Source of the DNA: Craspedostauros australis
Taxonomy: Eukaryota
Reading direction: 5' to 3'
DNA length: 35,404 nt
Assembly (NCBI GenBank): GCA_030167865.1
Contig: JALAGF010003106.1
Coordinates: 1-35,404, forward strand
Position 1 is the stretch's first letter; the number at the start of each line of letters is the position of its first letter. Positions 19,275 through 29,527 of this stretch are shown here, in pieces. The translations under genes were made by a program, and so were the position numbers. Below the pieces are notes generated by a model, which was not told the DNA's origin, made no database searches, and saw only the letters and a program-made list of their open reading frames with translations.

Positions 19275-21617
19275 ATGCAAGCGACCATGAGCGTCGCTGT
19301 GTCTGGACAAGAGAGCTTCGTGGTGGAGGAGGAGATCCTCCTGGACGACGACGATGATGATGACGACTATGAGTGCACCACGGAGGAGATCGTGGAGCCC
19401 GATGACTTGGTGTCCGCCATTCACGCATCTCTGATGGAGTACAAGACGCAGCAGCTGGAACCGCACGTGGCGCAAGGCATTCGCCAACGGCGCAGTTCGC
19501 TGGGTGGGGGCATGCGACGAGCGTCCATGTCGGACTACTCTGTCGAGATCGTCGACGACGGAGCCAATCGCACCGACGCCGAGACGGACGAGGACGAATA
19601 CGAGGAGCAGGTCATCGAGCAGTGGTTCCGACGCGACGAGATGCCCGACGATCTCGAGACGGCGTGCCGCACGCTCATCGGCATCGTCTTCAAGGAGGAG
19701 GATGTGGATGCGGAGACCATGATGCGCCGATCGCCGCTGCCGGAGCTGTACCGGTATCTCAAGCAGCACTACGATTACAAGGTGCACACCGAGCAGGTCC
19801 AGGATGAGGAACAGCAAAAGGAGACGAAGCAAACCAGTTTGCAGGATATCTTCCGACGCAAGGCGCCGCCGGCGGACTCATCCGCAGCGCAGACGTCTGG
19901 GGCTGCTGCGGCCAGCGAGAATGGTGGCGGAGTCAACAACGCCAGCAGCAGCGTTGGCGATACCTCTGTTTTGGAAGAGGAGGTGCTGGAACCGTCCATG
20001 GCAGCGGTGTCGTCGGAGATGGAAGAAGAAGAGGAGATCATCCTTGAAGACGAGAACTTCAGCGAGGAGGTCATGCTCGATGAAACGGAAGTGGTGGTGG
20101 AGGATGACGAAGACGATGGTGCCGATGATGTGCATGAGGAGGAAGTTGTGGACGACGATGACGATGACGACGACGAAAATAATGGCGACGGCGTCACGCT
20201 CAGATCATCGGACGATGAAGCCGTCGTGAGGCATAGCCACAGCCCGCTGGACACCCATTCGTTCGACACGGACACCTCCGGACCCGAGATACTGCTCAAT
20301 TCCGGCATCGGCGATGATACGACGGTATCCACATTCCACAACTCGACGGACGACATCTACGCGGTTGGCGGCGGCGAATCGCTGACGCTCGATACGGACA
20401 GACGGTCCCGCGACAGGCGGCGTCTCAAACGCGATGAGAGCCAATCCTCGCTGGTCATGAAGGAGCTACTCATCTCGGTCGTGCCTGGCATGATCTCCGT
20501 GTCCAACGCGGACACCAACATCAACATGGGATTGGACTTTGATGATCAGATCCTGCAGAGCTGGCTGGGCGCCGAGAACGATAATAGCAACGAACCGGAC
20601 GACTACGAAGGTGCGTGCCGGCAGCTCATACCCGTCATCTACCGCGGCATGAACGTCGACGCGGATGTCATGGTCAAGCGCATGCCGGTGCGAGAATTGT
20701 ACAAGTACCTCAAGCAGCATTACTGGTTCGTCATCCACCGCAGAGGTACGGATGATTACGCATCCACCAAACGATTTGATGATAGCAACCTCAATCGGAA
20801 ATCCATGACCATTGCGGAGATCGAGGAGGATGCTTTGTTGCACGAATTGAGCAATCATCGAGATTTGCCACCACCCGCAGACGACGATGATCTCAAGGCA
20901 GGAGCATCGTCGGAGGACAGCGACAGCGATGACGAGGCCGACGTCACCATGATGGGTGCGTCCAATCAACACATCCACGTGGTCTTGACCAACAAGAGAG
21001 AATCAAGCAGCGAAAAGAACAAGGTCGCAACAGCTGCCGACGCCACCGACGACGACGTCGACGACGGCGAGCCTTCCCAACGACTCAATCCCAGCACACG
21101 TAATGAGGACGACGACGACGGCAGCAGCGTGGTCTACGAAAGTGTCGCGTCGCTGTCGGAAGCCGATCCCAACGTATCCAGCAACACGCTCGACGTGAGC
21201 GTGAACACGATGGAAATCCGTAATGTGCACGATGATTCAGACTATGTTGAAGAAGAGCACGTCACAGACGAGGAGGTGCTGATTGACGAGGATGACGAGG
21301 ATGTCGTTGACGAAACCGAAGTCGTGGAGGAAGAAGTCCTCGATAGTGTTGGATCCAGACATGATGATGTTCATGAACATGAACAAGCGTTTTCGCAAGA
21401 TGCGACACCACAGCAAATACAGATACAGCAAGAGTCAGAAATCGAGGAAGAGGATGTGATAGATGATTTCGAAGAGGAAGAGATTGTCGTCGATGAAGAC
21501 GACTTCGTGGAAGAGGAAGTGGTGGAAGAAGTTGAGGAGGAGGATTACGGCGCAGAAGAGCTATTATCCGATCTTCGTGCCGACTTGATGGCGTACCGCT
21601 CGGAGAATTATTCATGA
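19275..21617 (+). CDS. 780-aa hyperacidic (D/E-rich) protein, partial paralog of the upstream giant protein
   Basis: Long ORF with two copies of the ~50-aa 'PDDY..ACR.L...ELY.YLKQHY' module (19638-19784, 20592-20735), which also occurs three times in the giant ORF. Confidence 0.88.
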   Translation: MQATMSVAVSGQESFVVEEEILLDDDDDDDDYECTTEEIVEPDDLVSAIHASLMEYKTQQLEPHVAQGIRQRRSSLGGGMRRASMSDYSVEIVDDGANRTDAETDEDEYEEQVIEQWFRRDEMPDDLETACRTLIGIVFKEEDVDAETMMRRSPLPELYRYLKQHYDYKVHTEQVQDEEQQKETKQTSLQDIFRRKAPPADSSAAQTSGAAAASENGGGVNNASSSVGDTSVLEEEVLEPSMAAVSSEMEEEEEIILEDENFSEEVMLDETEVVVEDDEDDGADDVHEEEVVDDDDDDDDENNGDGVTLRSSDDEAVVRHSHSPLDTHSFDTDTSGPEILLNSGIGDDTTVSTFHNSTDDIYAVGGGESLTLDTDRRSRDRRRLKRDESQSSLVMKELLISVVPGMISVSNADTNINMGLDFDDQILQSWLGAENDNSNEPDDYEGACRQLIPVIYRGMNVDADVMVKRMPVRELYKYLKQHYWFVIHRRGTDDYASTKRFDDSNLNRKSMTIAEIEEDALLHELSNHRDLPPPADDDDLKAGASSEDSDSDDEADVTMMGASNQHIHVVLTNKRESSSEKNKVATAADATDDDVDDGEPSQRLNPSTRNEDDDDGSSVVYESVASLSEADPNVSSNTLDVSVNTMEIRNVHDDSDYVEEEHVTDEEVLIDEDDEDVVDETEVVEEEVLDSVGSRHDDVHEHEQAFSQDATPQQIQIQQESEIEEEDVIDDFEEEEIVVDEDDFVEEEVVEEVEEEDYGAEELLSDLRADLMAYRSENYS

Positions 21618-21946
21618 TGATGTGTTGGGGATTTGTGGTACAACTGGCAACTTCGTGGCGGATGCATGGGCACTCACTCTCTGGGTAGGGGTGTGCCGTA
21701 CTTTAAGTACTCATCGACCCGATCCGACCACGATTATGTTAGGGAGCACATTTGAATGCGGTATTCGGTTTTCTGTCATAAGATCGCGCCTTAGATCGTA
21801 TTGTATTGGTACGTTACGGGCATCTATGGAGCTCCTACGTATTGATAGTATCTTTGCTGCTCTTACTGACGTTCGGGAGCATGCGAACCTGTGCGCCTCC
21901 TTGTGCGCATCAATGCTATGTGAGTATGGCTCCTGTCATTCAAAAC

Positions 21947-22457
21947 TCAACTGGCCGCCACCAGCGTCGATTCCACATCCACACTTTCCCATTCATTCTC
22001 TGATATCTGAAAGACGACATGCAGCTCCGAATCGTTCTCCGTGTGCTTTGCCAACGGTTCGTCGTCTTTGAGAACCTGGTTGTTCTTCGGCACGATGAGA
22101 CGCATCTGATCCGTCTTCCAGGATTCCTTCGTTGCCAGGGCAACCTGCTCCTTCACGAACCCGGCCGTATTCTCGGGCGTGCAGTTGATGAAGTAGGTTT
22201 GGTTTCTTCGTTTGACGCGGATGTACCTGCGGCAGCGTGAGACATGATGGAGCGCGGTCTCGTGAGACAGTAGGAGAGGATACGAGTATAGTTATTGTGG
22301 CGGAGTAGACAACCATGCAACAGCAGAAGGAGATTGGTGAGAAGTATGGCTCTGGATCTATGGTAACACCAAGCAGCGCTGCAACGTCGACCTGGAACGT
22401 CGCGATCATTACAAACAGCACTGTTCATCGATCGATACATGCAATGTGTCTCAAGAC

Positions 22458-22492
<35 letters not shown>

Positions 22493-22512
22493 TTGCCATT
22501 GGATGCTTACAT
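21947..22512 (-). CDS. ELOB: Elongin-B-like ubiquitin-fold protein, 93 aa; complement(join(21947..22226,22511..22512))
   Basis: The spliced product MYIRVKRRNQTYFINCTPENTAGFVKEQVALATKESWKTDQMRLIVPKNNQVLKDDEPLAKHTENDSELHVVFQISENEWESVDVESTLVAAS has the Elongin-B/UBL pattern (MYIRVKR..TYF, MRLI, VL.D...L, C-terminal 'EWE.V.V'). Donor is AT|GTAAGC and acceptor is GCAG|G. Confidence 0.75.
22227..22510 (-). other. 284-nt GT-AG spliceosomal intron splitting the start codon of the Elongin-B-like gene
   Basis: The minus strand reads ccaagAT|gtaagc ... ctcac ... gccgcag|G TAC ATC CGC. Splicing restores ATG in frame with the TGA at 21947-21949. Confidence 0.75.
22462..22489. repeat. (AG)14 microsatellite inside that intron
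   Basis: Read directly from the sequence. Confidence 0.95.
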
Positions 22513-23482
22513 CTTGGATCGGTATTGGTGCTGTTGTTGTTGAGAGTGAGCAGAGTATTGCAGAGTATGGTATGGATCTGCGTGTCCTTGGCGTTCAAGA
22601 GAAGGCGTTCTTGCCTTTGTTCTTGTTGCGTTTCAACCGTGTTGTTGTGTTCTCGTTGTGGGGTTTTGGAGGGAGTCGATAACTCGTGATCGACTCATGA
22701 TTGAAATGGCGCCCCCTCGTCAAGAGGTCGAAGTGGTCGTACTCACGCGATCGTCGTCACCACACGAACGAAGCCGACAGTCGAGTGAGGAACAACAGAG
22801 AATGCAAGAAGACAAGAAAACAGATCTGCTTCGCTGTGCGTGTGCCGCGGAAGGAAAGCAATCAACACCCAACACCGCTGTTTCTGTCGGTTGGAGACGT
22901 GGACTTGATCCTCATCGCTCTTCTTGTTGTGGTAGCGTCTGCAACTTCCGAAGGCGCGTACATCGAGCCACCAACAAGAACAATTTCTTGGTTGCACCCA
23001 AGAAGACGAGCGCGTGTGCCTTTTCTCCCTGATTGTTCTCTCTTGGTTCGTGGTGGCCTCACAACGATTCGTAACCAAAAAAACAAGACTGAGTCCCACA
23101 TCATCCATGGTGGTGGAACCACGGACGCGGTCGCGGTTTTGTCTCTTGCTTGGTTGCCACATTTTTCCATGTTGTTTCGCCAAGACACCAACCACATGCA
23201 AGATGAAACACGACACACGAGGGACCAAGAAACAGGACAAGATGACGGAGCAAGATGGTGCAGCAAGATGGCATGGCACGGCATTGCACGACATGACATG
23301 GCACGGTATTGGTGGCAGTCGGATCGGAGGCAACGGAGTATCCGAACCAATCCATCCTGCCACCACACAAATGTGGTCAACTCGCACAAACGCATCAGGC
23401 ACTGCGGCTGAGACCATCACACACCCACACACGCTCACACATCGCAGCATTCAAGTAACGAATCCTTGAGCAACGCAACACC

Positions 23483-24937
23483 ATGTACGCACTCTGTCGC
23501 CAGACCGCAAACGCTGGTCGTCAACGATTGGCACCACCATCCAAGTCGCCATTAGCATCATCATCGCCAACGGTAGCAGGAGGAGCAGGCACAGCACCGA
23601 TTGACAGCTCAGGAATCGCACCAACAACTTGCGAACAGCAGGATCAACAGTACTTGACGGGATCATGGCGCAAAGTATCTTCGTCATTGGTGACCAAGGG
23701 TGGCGCGCACGGTAACCGCGTCAACAGCAACCCAATTGCCAATGCCAACGCGAATATCAATACAAAGCCAATCGATGACGCGGTCATGACGAGCAATGCG
23801 AAGTACGTTTCCGTCACGACCAGTACGGACGATCCTGTCACGGCTGAGGCGATGGACAATAACTCGTCATGCTCCACCAGCGAGCACCTCATCAAGTTCA
23901 TTCCCCGCGATAGCTTCTCGACAATCACCACGGTCCTGTCACAGCGCATGCAGGCTTTCGACGAGATGACAGATGTCGATGCAACAGCAACGAAGGATGC
24001 AACCACATCTTCGCAGACGCAGCAGCCGTTGTATTACTTTGTGTTAGATTTGGAATCAGATAAAGGGGACAAGGGGGACGAACATAAGAAAGCAGAAAAA
24101 CCACAAGCGAAGCAACCACCGCGACAACAGCCGGCACATGATGGCCAATCACATGTTGGAAAACAATCCGACCAACCGCGACAACAAGAGAAGGGACCAA
24201 GACCGACAACGAAAGCAATTGGAGCGGAGCCAAAGACAAACGAGCAACACCTTGATCAGCAACAGCAGCAACGTCATCGCCAACAAACGCTAACGCCGGC
24301 GCCAACGCCAATGCATCATCAAGAAAGACGACCACTCAACACCCAACGCCAAATCCAAGGTCGATATTCAAATCACATCTACAATCGCAATCGCGGCCAC
24401 ACTTACTCGTGCAATCCAACTCATGGTGGCAACCGTAATCACTCCAATGCCTTCCTCAAGGCTGGTGGCAGCAATTTCGTCTCACCGCTTCACTCCAAAC
24501 CAGAATTCCGCCAAGTCGCCTCGAAGGCAAAGAGGGGTTCGCCATTTGGCGGCACAATGCACAACGCAAGTCCAACGAAGCGAAAGCTCCTGCAAAAGCC
24601 ACGAAAATTGCCCGAACCGGAAAGCCTCGACGACGATGACGCCACGACGCAGCACGGCAACGAGGAGAACGCGGCATGGGTCCCTTTCGATTCCTGGAAC
24701 TGCGTGCTGCCATCGTCCATGGTATCGCAGGACTCCACAACCCACAGCGCCAAGACACAGAGCATCGTCAATTCGGTGGCCACCCGTAAGCGGCACAGCA
24801 TCCTCCTGCGGAAATATGCCACAGCCCGTCGCACCACCTCGGTGGGCATCGATTATTTGCAACCACCACCAAGACCGCTCGCACCGGCTAAGAAGATCGG
24901 CCGTCCTAAGTTTGCGATGGGATGCATCGAAGTGTGA
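23483..24937 (+). CDS. Hypothetical low-complexity (Q/P/S/T-rich) protein, 484 aa
   Basis: 1455-nt ORF with a caacaccATG start context. No recognisable domain. Confidence 0.6.
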   Translation: MYALCRQTANAGRQRLAPPSKSPLASSSPTVAGGAGTAPIDSSGIAPTTCEQQDQQYLTGSWRKVSSSLVTKGGAHGNRVNSNPIANANANINTKPIDDAVMTSNAKYVSVTTSTDDPVTAEAMDNNSSCSTSEHLIKFIPRDSFSTITTVLSQRMQAFDEMTDVDATATKDATTSSQTQQPLYYFVLDLESDKGDKGDEHKKAEKPQAKQPPRQQPAHDGQSHVGKQSDQPRQQEKGPRPTTKAIGAEPKTNEQHLDQQQQQRHRQQTLTPAPTPMHHQERRPLNTQRQIQGRYSNHIYNRNRGHTYSCNPTHGGNRNHSNAFLKAGGSNFVSPLHSKPEFRQVASKAKRGSPFGGTMHNASPTKRKLLQKPRKLPEPESLDDDDATTQHGNEENAAWVPFDSWNCVLPSSMVSQDSTTHSAKTQSIVNSVATRKRHSILLRKYATARRTTSVGIDYLQPPPRPLAPAKKIGRPKFAMGCIEV

Positions 24938-26325
24938 ACGCGGCAATCCACACCGATGGATGAAGTTGATCGTCTTGGGCTGGTGGTATGAAGTGAAAGT
25001 GAAATGGGAGGAAACATGATGATGCATTCGTGGCATCATGGGAGGGGCGCGACGATATTGGCGAGCAGGGCAGAGTTAACTTTTCGTAGCCATATTGTTC
25101 GCGCAACACTTGTCACGCGAGTGCGATTCAACCTGTGTGGTGTGTGTTTGGGGATCGAAGAAATTGGCGATATGTCTGGAAAAGGTATCTTTTTCTCGTT
25201 CTTGATTCGCTTCTTTCTCATTCGTCAGTGTTCATCGGCGCTCGTCGGTGCTCATCGGCGTTCGGACACGAAACAGAAAGCGTCACCAGTAAGTGGTCGG
25301 CGAGGTTGCGAGCCTGGTGTTGCGCATCACATCACATGAACTGACCGCCCCTTGGAGCACTGTGATGTATCCCCCTCTTGGGATGATTAAATATCCATCA
25401 TGTGGAGGATAGATGATCTATCAGCAGCATTGACGGCCGCGCGTTTTAATCACCATGAGCTCCTGTGGGGTTGTTCAATCCGAATCGCTGGTAACTTGCG
25501 ATCGTTGGGACAAATGGAGATCCAGTCGGCGCAACAGCAGGATATCGGAGGTTGCCATCGTCTCAGAGTCAGAGTGCACTCATCTGGGGGAAATGATTGA
25601 GATGATGAGCAAGGTGAACAAAACGAGCAAGATGAACAACAGTCGCATGACCAACATCTCATCAACTTCTCCTTGCCAAGTGACGCCATCGAAAGTCCGC
25701 ACCTCCAGGCACAAAGTGGGTGAGGGCGAGATAGCCATCGCCATCGCAGACACGCGTGGGTGAACCCCGTACTACCTATGATATGAACACATTGATGTTG
25801 TCTACAGGTGGCGCAGACTGAAGGATAGGTCGTGCCACATGTGACCCTCTGCCGAGGCTCTCGAACACCTCATCACTTCATTCACGACACAATCGCACGA
25901 ATAAAACTGCTTCATACATCGCAGCCATCCGCGAAGAGTCGGTTTGGAGTAAATAAGAAAGCCAAATGAAGATCCGTCCCCTGATCTCCCAAACCTGCGC
26001 CATGCGCGCATACTACCTTCTGGATATTCGTATGTTGCGTTGGCAGAACCGGTCCTTCCCGGCTTCATTGGATGTGATATCCCATGGAACATGAACGACC
26101 ATATGTGCCGTACGTTGCAAGTAACGCAAAGAACACTGATCGAGTTGACGATTCACTCGTTTCTGTCTGAGTGGCGATGACGAGACCGACTTGCAACACT
26201 TTAGGTTCGATTGCATTCATGGTTGCCAACGTCACCATGCAACACAATCGCCCTCGTTGACCTCATTTTTCGTCTGTTCGAGTGATAATAAATGCATACA
26301 ACGCAGCTACTCTACTTATATTCAG

Positions 26326-28005
26326 TCATATTGCATCGTTAAACGGCGAAGTGGAAAAGTCAAAATCACCTTCATGCAGCTCATGGAATGGCATGAAGTC
26401 GAACAAGGTCGATACAGGCTGTTGCCTCCGAACAGCTGCGAATGCGGCTACGGTTTCAGCTTCAGCTGCGGATGGTGGCGCGGATTCTGGAGCTCTATCT
26501 GAGCTCATGCCGCTGTCTGTCACATCAAGTGACGCAAAACTGCTCTCGGCTGGGTTTTCGCCCATCATCCAACCATGCACCCATTTCGTGGCACGTTCAT
26601 CCGGGAGCGCAGGAAGACGGAACACGGCGGATGGTGGGCGAGGCAACGATACTTTCTTTGGTGCATCGAGGACTTTCTCCACCTCATCATCGAGTGTGAT
26701 GAACCTGTCTTCTGAGACATGGTGCAGAAGCGAGGCGCCACGGGGCATTAGCCTTGTGGCTGCAGAAGGAGCGTCTCTCACATGGGCAGAACCACGAAAG
26801 CTGCCATGGAGGCCACCCTTATTCATGCGCGTCGGCGAATGACCGCACCTCGCCTCTGCTGGTTGTTCCATCACGAAAGTACAGGCATCAGCAACGGTAT
26901 TTGCACCAACACTAACATCAGCACTGGCACTGACACTGACACTACCATCATCGGATATCACAGCGATTGTGCCCACGTAGCTGCCAGTTGGAGCCACGGT
27001 GGATACAATCGGAATGAGATCATCCATGTTCCATTCAGAACAGCAGGATCCATATTCCAATGGGTCTGCGGAGGAGAACTCGCAGGATGAACTGATCCGA
27101 GAGGCGAGCGACGCGAAGGTCCTGTCAAGGTCTTTCGTCGACGACGCGGTGGGGGCGAGATCGTGAGAGACGACAGGCAGTCTTGATCTTGCGATTTGCA
27201 TCTCTTGGGTGCTTGGCGCGAGCGGCCCATGCGGTGGGTGGCATGTCAGCCCTTGCTGGTCGCTGCAGAGCGACATGCAGACCATGTCACCTGATCCCAG
27301 GCGCGTTGGCGTGCTGGCTTGGTGTTCGGTATGAGTTCCATCCTTGATCTTGCACATGCTTGCTCCGCCGTTGACGGCAGCTCGCGCCTTGTCTACGGAA
27401 GTGGCAGCGGATGCCTTGACGCCCCTTGCCTTGGAGTCCTTTGCCTCGGCGAGTCGTCGCTGCCGTTGCAGGAGCTTCTTGAGGCAGTCTCTGATGGCAT
27501 GCCCAGCCTTGTCGCGGGCCACGTTGTTGCCAATATCGTACCAATGGTTAGTATCGGCGTCGCGCTTGAGGAACAGCGTCCCGTTCCGGCGCAGCTTTTT
27601 AATGACAGACGCAACGACGACGCTCTTGTCGATCTTCTTCGGCGCCGTGTTGTACTTCAGGGCGTTAGCCTTGATCAAGGCCTTGTACCGGACGTTGCCT
27701 GGGTGCTTCCAGCATATGGCTCCTCGACCACACAGCACATCGAAATCTCCAGGTGTGTAATCGTGAGGTAGCAAAGTCCTCGCTTCGTCCATGAACTGCC
27801 GTTTCTTGGCAGCAGACATCACACTCGATGAAGACTTCAACAGACTGTCATTGGGTGTTGCGGCTGGCATCGTCGTCGCTGCAGTTGGTGCCACCTTTTC
27901 GTTCGATGTCGTCAGGACGTTGATGGCTTCGCTCGACACCACGGGCGCCGTGGTACAAGCACTGACATTGGATGAGTCTGGATTGGCGGTCAATTCGAGG
28001 CACAT
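26326..28005 (-). CDS. DUF6824-domain protein, 559 aa (domain about 27487-27741)
   Basis: Signature DVLCGRG...HPGNVRY...Y......KS.V...VI......G..FLK......WYDIG...ARDKAGHAIRD, followed by a disordered region and an acidic/aromatic tail (LFDFMPFHELHEGDFDF). Confidence 0.88.
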   Translation of the reverse strand: MCLELTANPDSSNVSACTTAPVVSSEAINVLTTSNEKVAPTAATTMPAATPNDSLLKSSSSVMSAAKKRQFMDEARTLLPHDYTPGDFDVLCGRGAICWKHPGNVRYKALIKANALKYNTAPKKIDKSVVVASVIKKLRRNGTLFLKRDADTNHWYDIGNNVARDKAGHAIRDCLKKLLQRQRRLAEAKDSKARGVKASAATSVDKARAAVNGGASMCKIKDGTHTEHQASTPTRLGSGDMVCMSLCSDQQGLTCHPPHGPLAPSTQEMQIARSRLPVVSHDLAPTASSTKDLDRTFASLASRISSSCEFSSADPLEYGSCCSEWNMDDLIPIVSTVAPTGSYVGTIAVISDDGSVSVSASADVSVGANTVADACTFVMEQPAEARCGHSPTRMNKGGLHGSFRGSAHVRDAPSAATRLMPRGASLLHHVSEDRFITLDDEVEKVLDAPKKVSLPRPPSAVFRLPALPDERATKWVHGWMMGENPAESSFASLDVTDSGMSSDRAPESAPPSAAEAETVAAFAAVRRQQPVSTLFDFMPFHELHEGDFDFSTSPFNDAI

Positions 28006-28535
28006 TTTCTTACCAGCAGCGCATCGATGATCGAGAGTGACTATGTACTATATGCGATTGGATGGATGGGTCGACGTCTTGATGGATTGCTGTTTAAATT
28101 GGTGTTTGAGTTGGTGTTTGAATTGCTGGGTGGATGATATTCAGGTGACCGGACGGTGTGGCAATTGGTCAATTGCGGGTTGGCTGTGGAGTGCCTGTTC
28201 GCTTGGTGGTTGGTCGCTGATGCTGGTGCTGATGGTCTCCGACACGTCGGCTTGCTGATTTGCAGCGGCCGCCTTTTTGCGTGTGGGAGCGATCTTGGAA
28301 TAAACGATCTTGCGCACATCGAGGGGAGACAGTGCCCGCTGCACGAGCATGCACTTCGAGAAGCCCTCTCACACATCCATCCACACATTCATCCGCCATC
28401 TGTCACCCAGCATCTACCCATCACACGGCTGCCACGCTGCGTCGCGCATGATAGCGAATCATTTCGGAATACGATGCCGTGGCATCAGAAGGGCGTGCGC
28501 GCACGCTTGTGCTTTGCGATAAATGGTGCCTCCAT

Positions 28536-28589
28536 GTACCATCATGCCCGTAGAGCCCCCAAGTACCATCGTGCCCGTAGATTCCCCAT
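28536..28589. repeat. Imperfect 27-bp direct duplication
   Basis: gtaccatcatgcccgtagagcccccaa / gtaccatcgtgcccgtagattccccat (23/27 identical). Confidence 0.8.
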
Positions 28590-29036
28590 AGAATAGAATA
28601 GGTAGAGAGTATTTCGCAGAGTATCAAATGCTCCAGCTTCTTCTGCCGTGGTCGTGAGAGGAAGCAACTTGAACAATCTGTGATCGCCCATAAATGAAAA
28701 GTGTCTGCCTTCGTCAGGTGCACCAAGTCACCACCGCTGATTGCTGGCTGTCTTGACCGTTGCCCTCGTCTGCAAGTATGTCATTTCCCAGCCTCGTGCT
28801 CGTGTCAGAGCTCATATTCACAGGTACATGACGTACGTAGCCACACGAGGTCAGTCTGCAAGGCACGGGAATTCCGTTGAAACTGACACTCGATCGCACT
28901 TGACCAAGACGACCACTCTAGAAACGCAATCACGATTCGACTACAGCGACTAATATGCTGGACCAGTAGAAGAAAATATAACGTCTATAACCGTTATTGT
29001 TTTAAAATCCGAACACCAGGCTAATCGCAAATAAAC

Positions 29037-29223
29037 GTTGAAACTATCACTGATCTGTTGAAACTAATGACGAAACGTTGAAACTAATGACGAAACGTTG
29101 AAACTAATGAAGAACCGTTGAAACTAATGACGAAACGTTGAAACTAATGAAGAAACGTTGAAACTATCGGCGAGGTGTTGAAACTATCGGCGAGGTGTTG
29201 AAACTAATAGAGAGCCGTTGAAA
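29037..29223 (+). repeat. 20-bp-period array: 9 full units plus a partial, with invariant GTTGAAACTA core and variable 10-bp half
   Basis: Core at 29037, 29057 ... 29197, then GTTGAAA at 29217. Variable halves: tcactgatct, atgacgaaac, atgacgaaac, atgaagaacc, atgacgaaac, atgaagaaac, tcggcgaggt, tcggcgaggt, atagagagcc. Confidence 0.95.
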
Positions 29224-29527
29224 GCAGTCACGATTCATTCGTGAAGCCTCGTGACACTCCAGATGAAAAATGACGCACGTGATTTGATCGAGGCGATGTC
29301 ATCACACAACAAGGCAACGGCGGAAAAGCCTCCATTTCTGTTCGCGTTTTGTTGGTGCTCTTGCCATCCACTATCAGTCATCATACAATCGAACAAGACA
29401 GCAAGCCCAACAAGCTGGGCAACAAGCATCGGAGGAGGGCATTGAGGCGGAGGCAGCGAGGGAAGCCGTGCCGCAACCATCGCGAGCAGCAGAGGATGGC
29501 AGCAAGGGAGGAACCACCACAACAACC

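Noticed and set aside
24940-26320. Possible gene or decayed element between the 484-aa ORF and the DUF6824 gene
   Set aside because: Only short ORFs with no recognisable motifs.
28960-29036. Left terminal inverted repeat of the transposon (e.g. ggctaatcgcaaataaac)
   Set aside because: I found no convincing reverse-complement partner or inverted array in 34420-35404, so the termini are left undefined.
29057-29160. Hammerhead ribozyme (CTAATGA...GAAAC resembles CUGAUGA...GAAAC)
   Set aside because: The conserved G of the core is absent and there are no flanking stems or room for stem II.
29037-29223. CRISPR array (core resembles the ...TTGAAAC end of many CRISPR repeats)
   Set aside because: The repeat is only 10 bp and the 'spacers' are 10 bp and duplicated. 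There are no cas genes and the context is eukaryotic.
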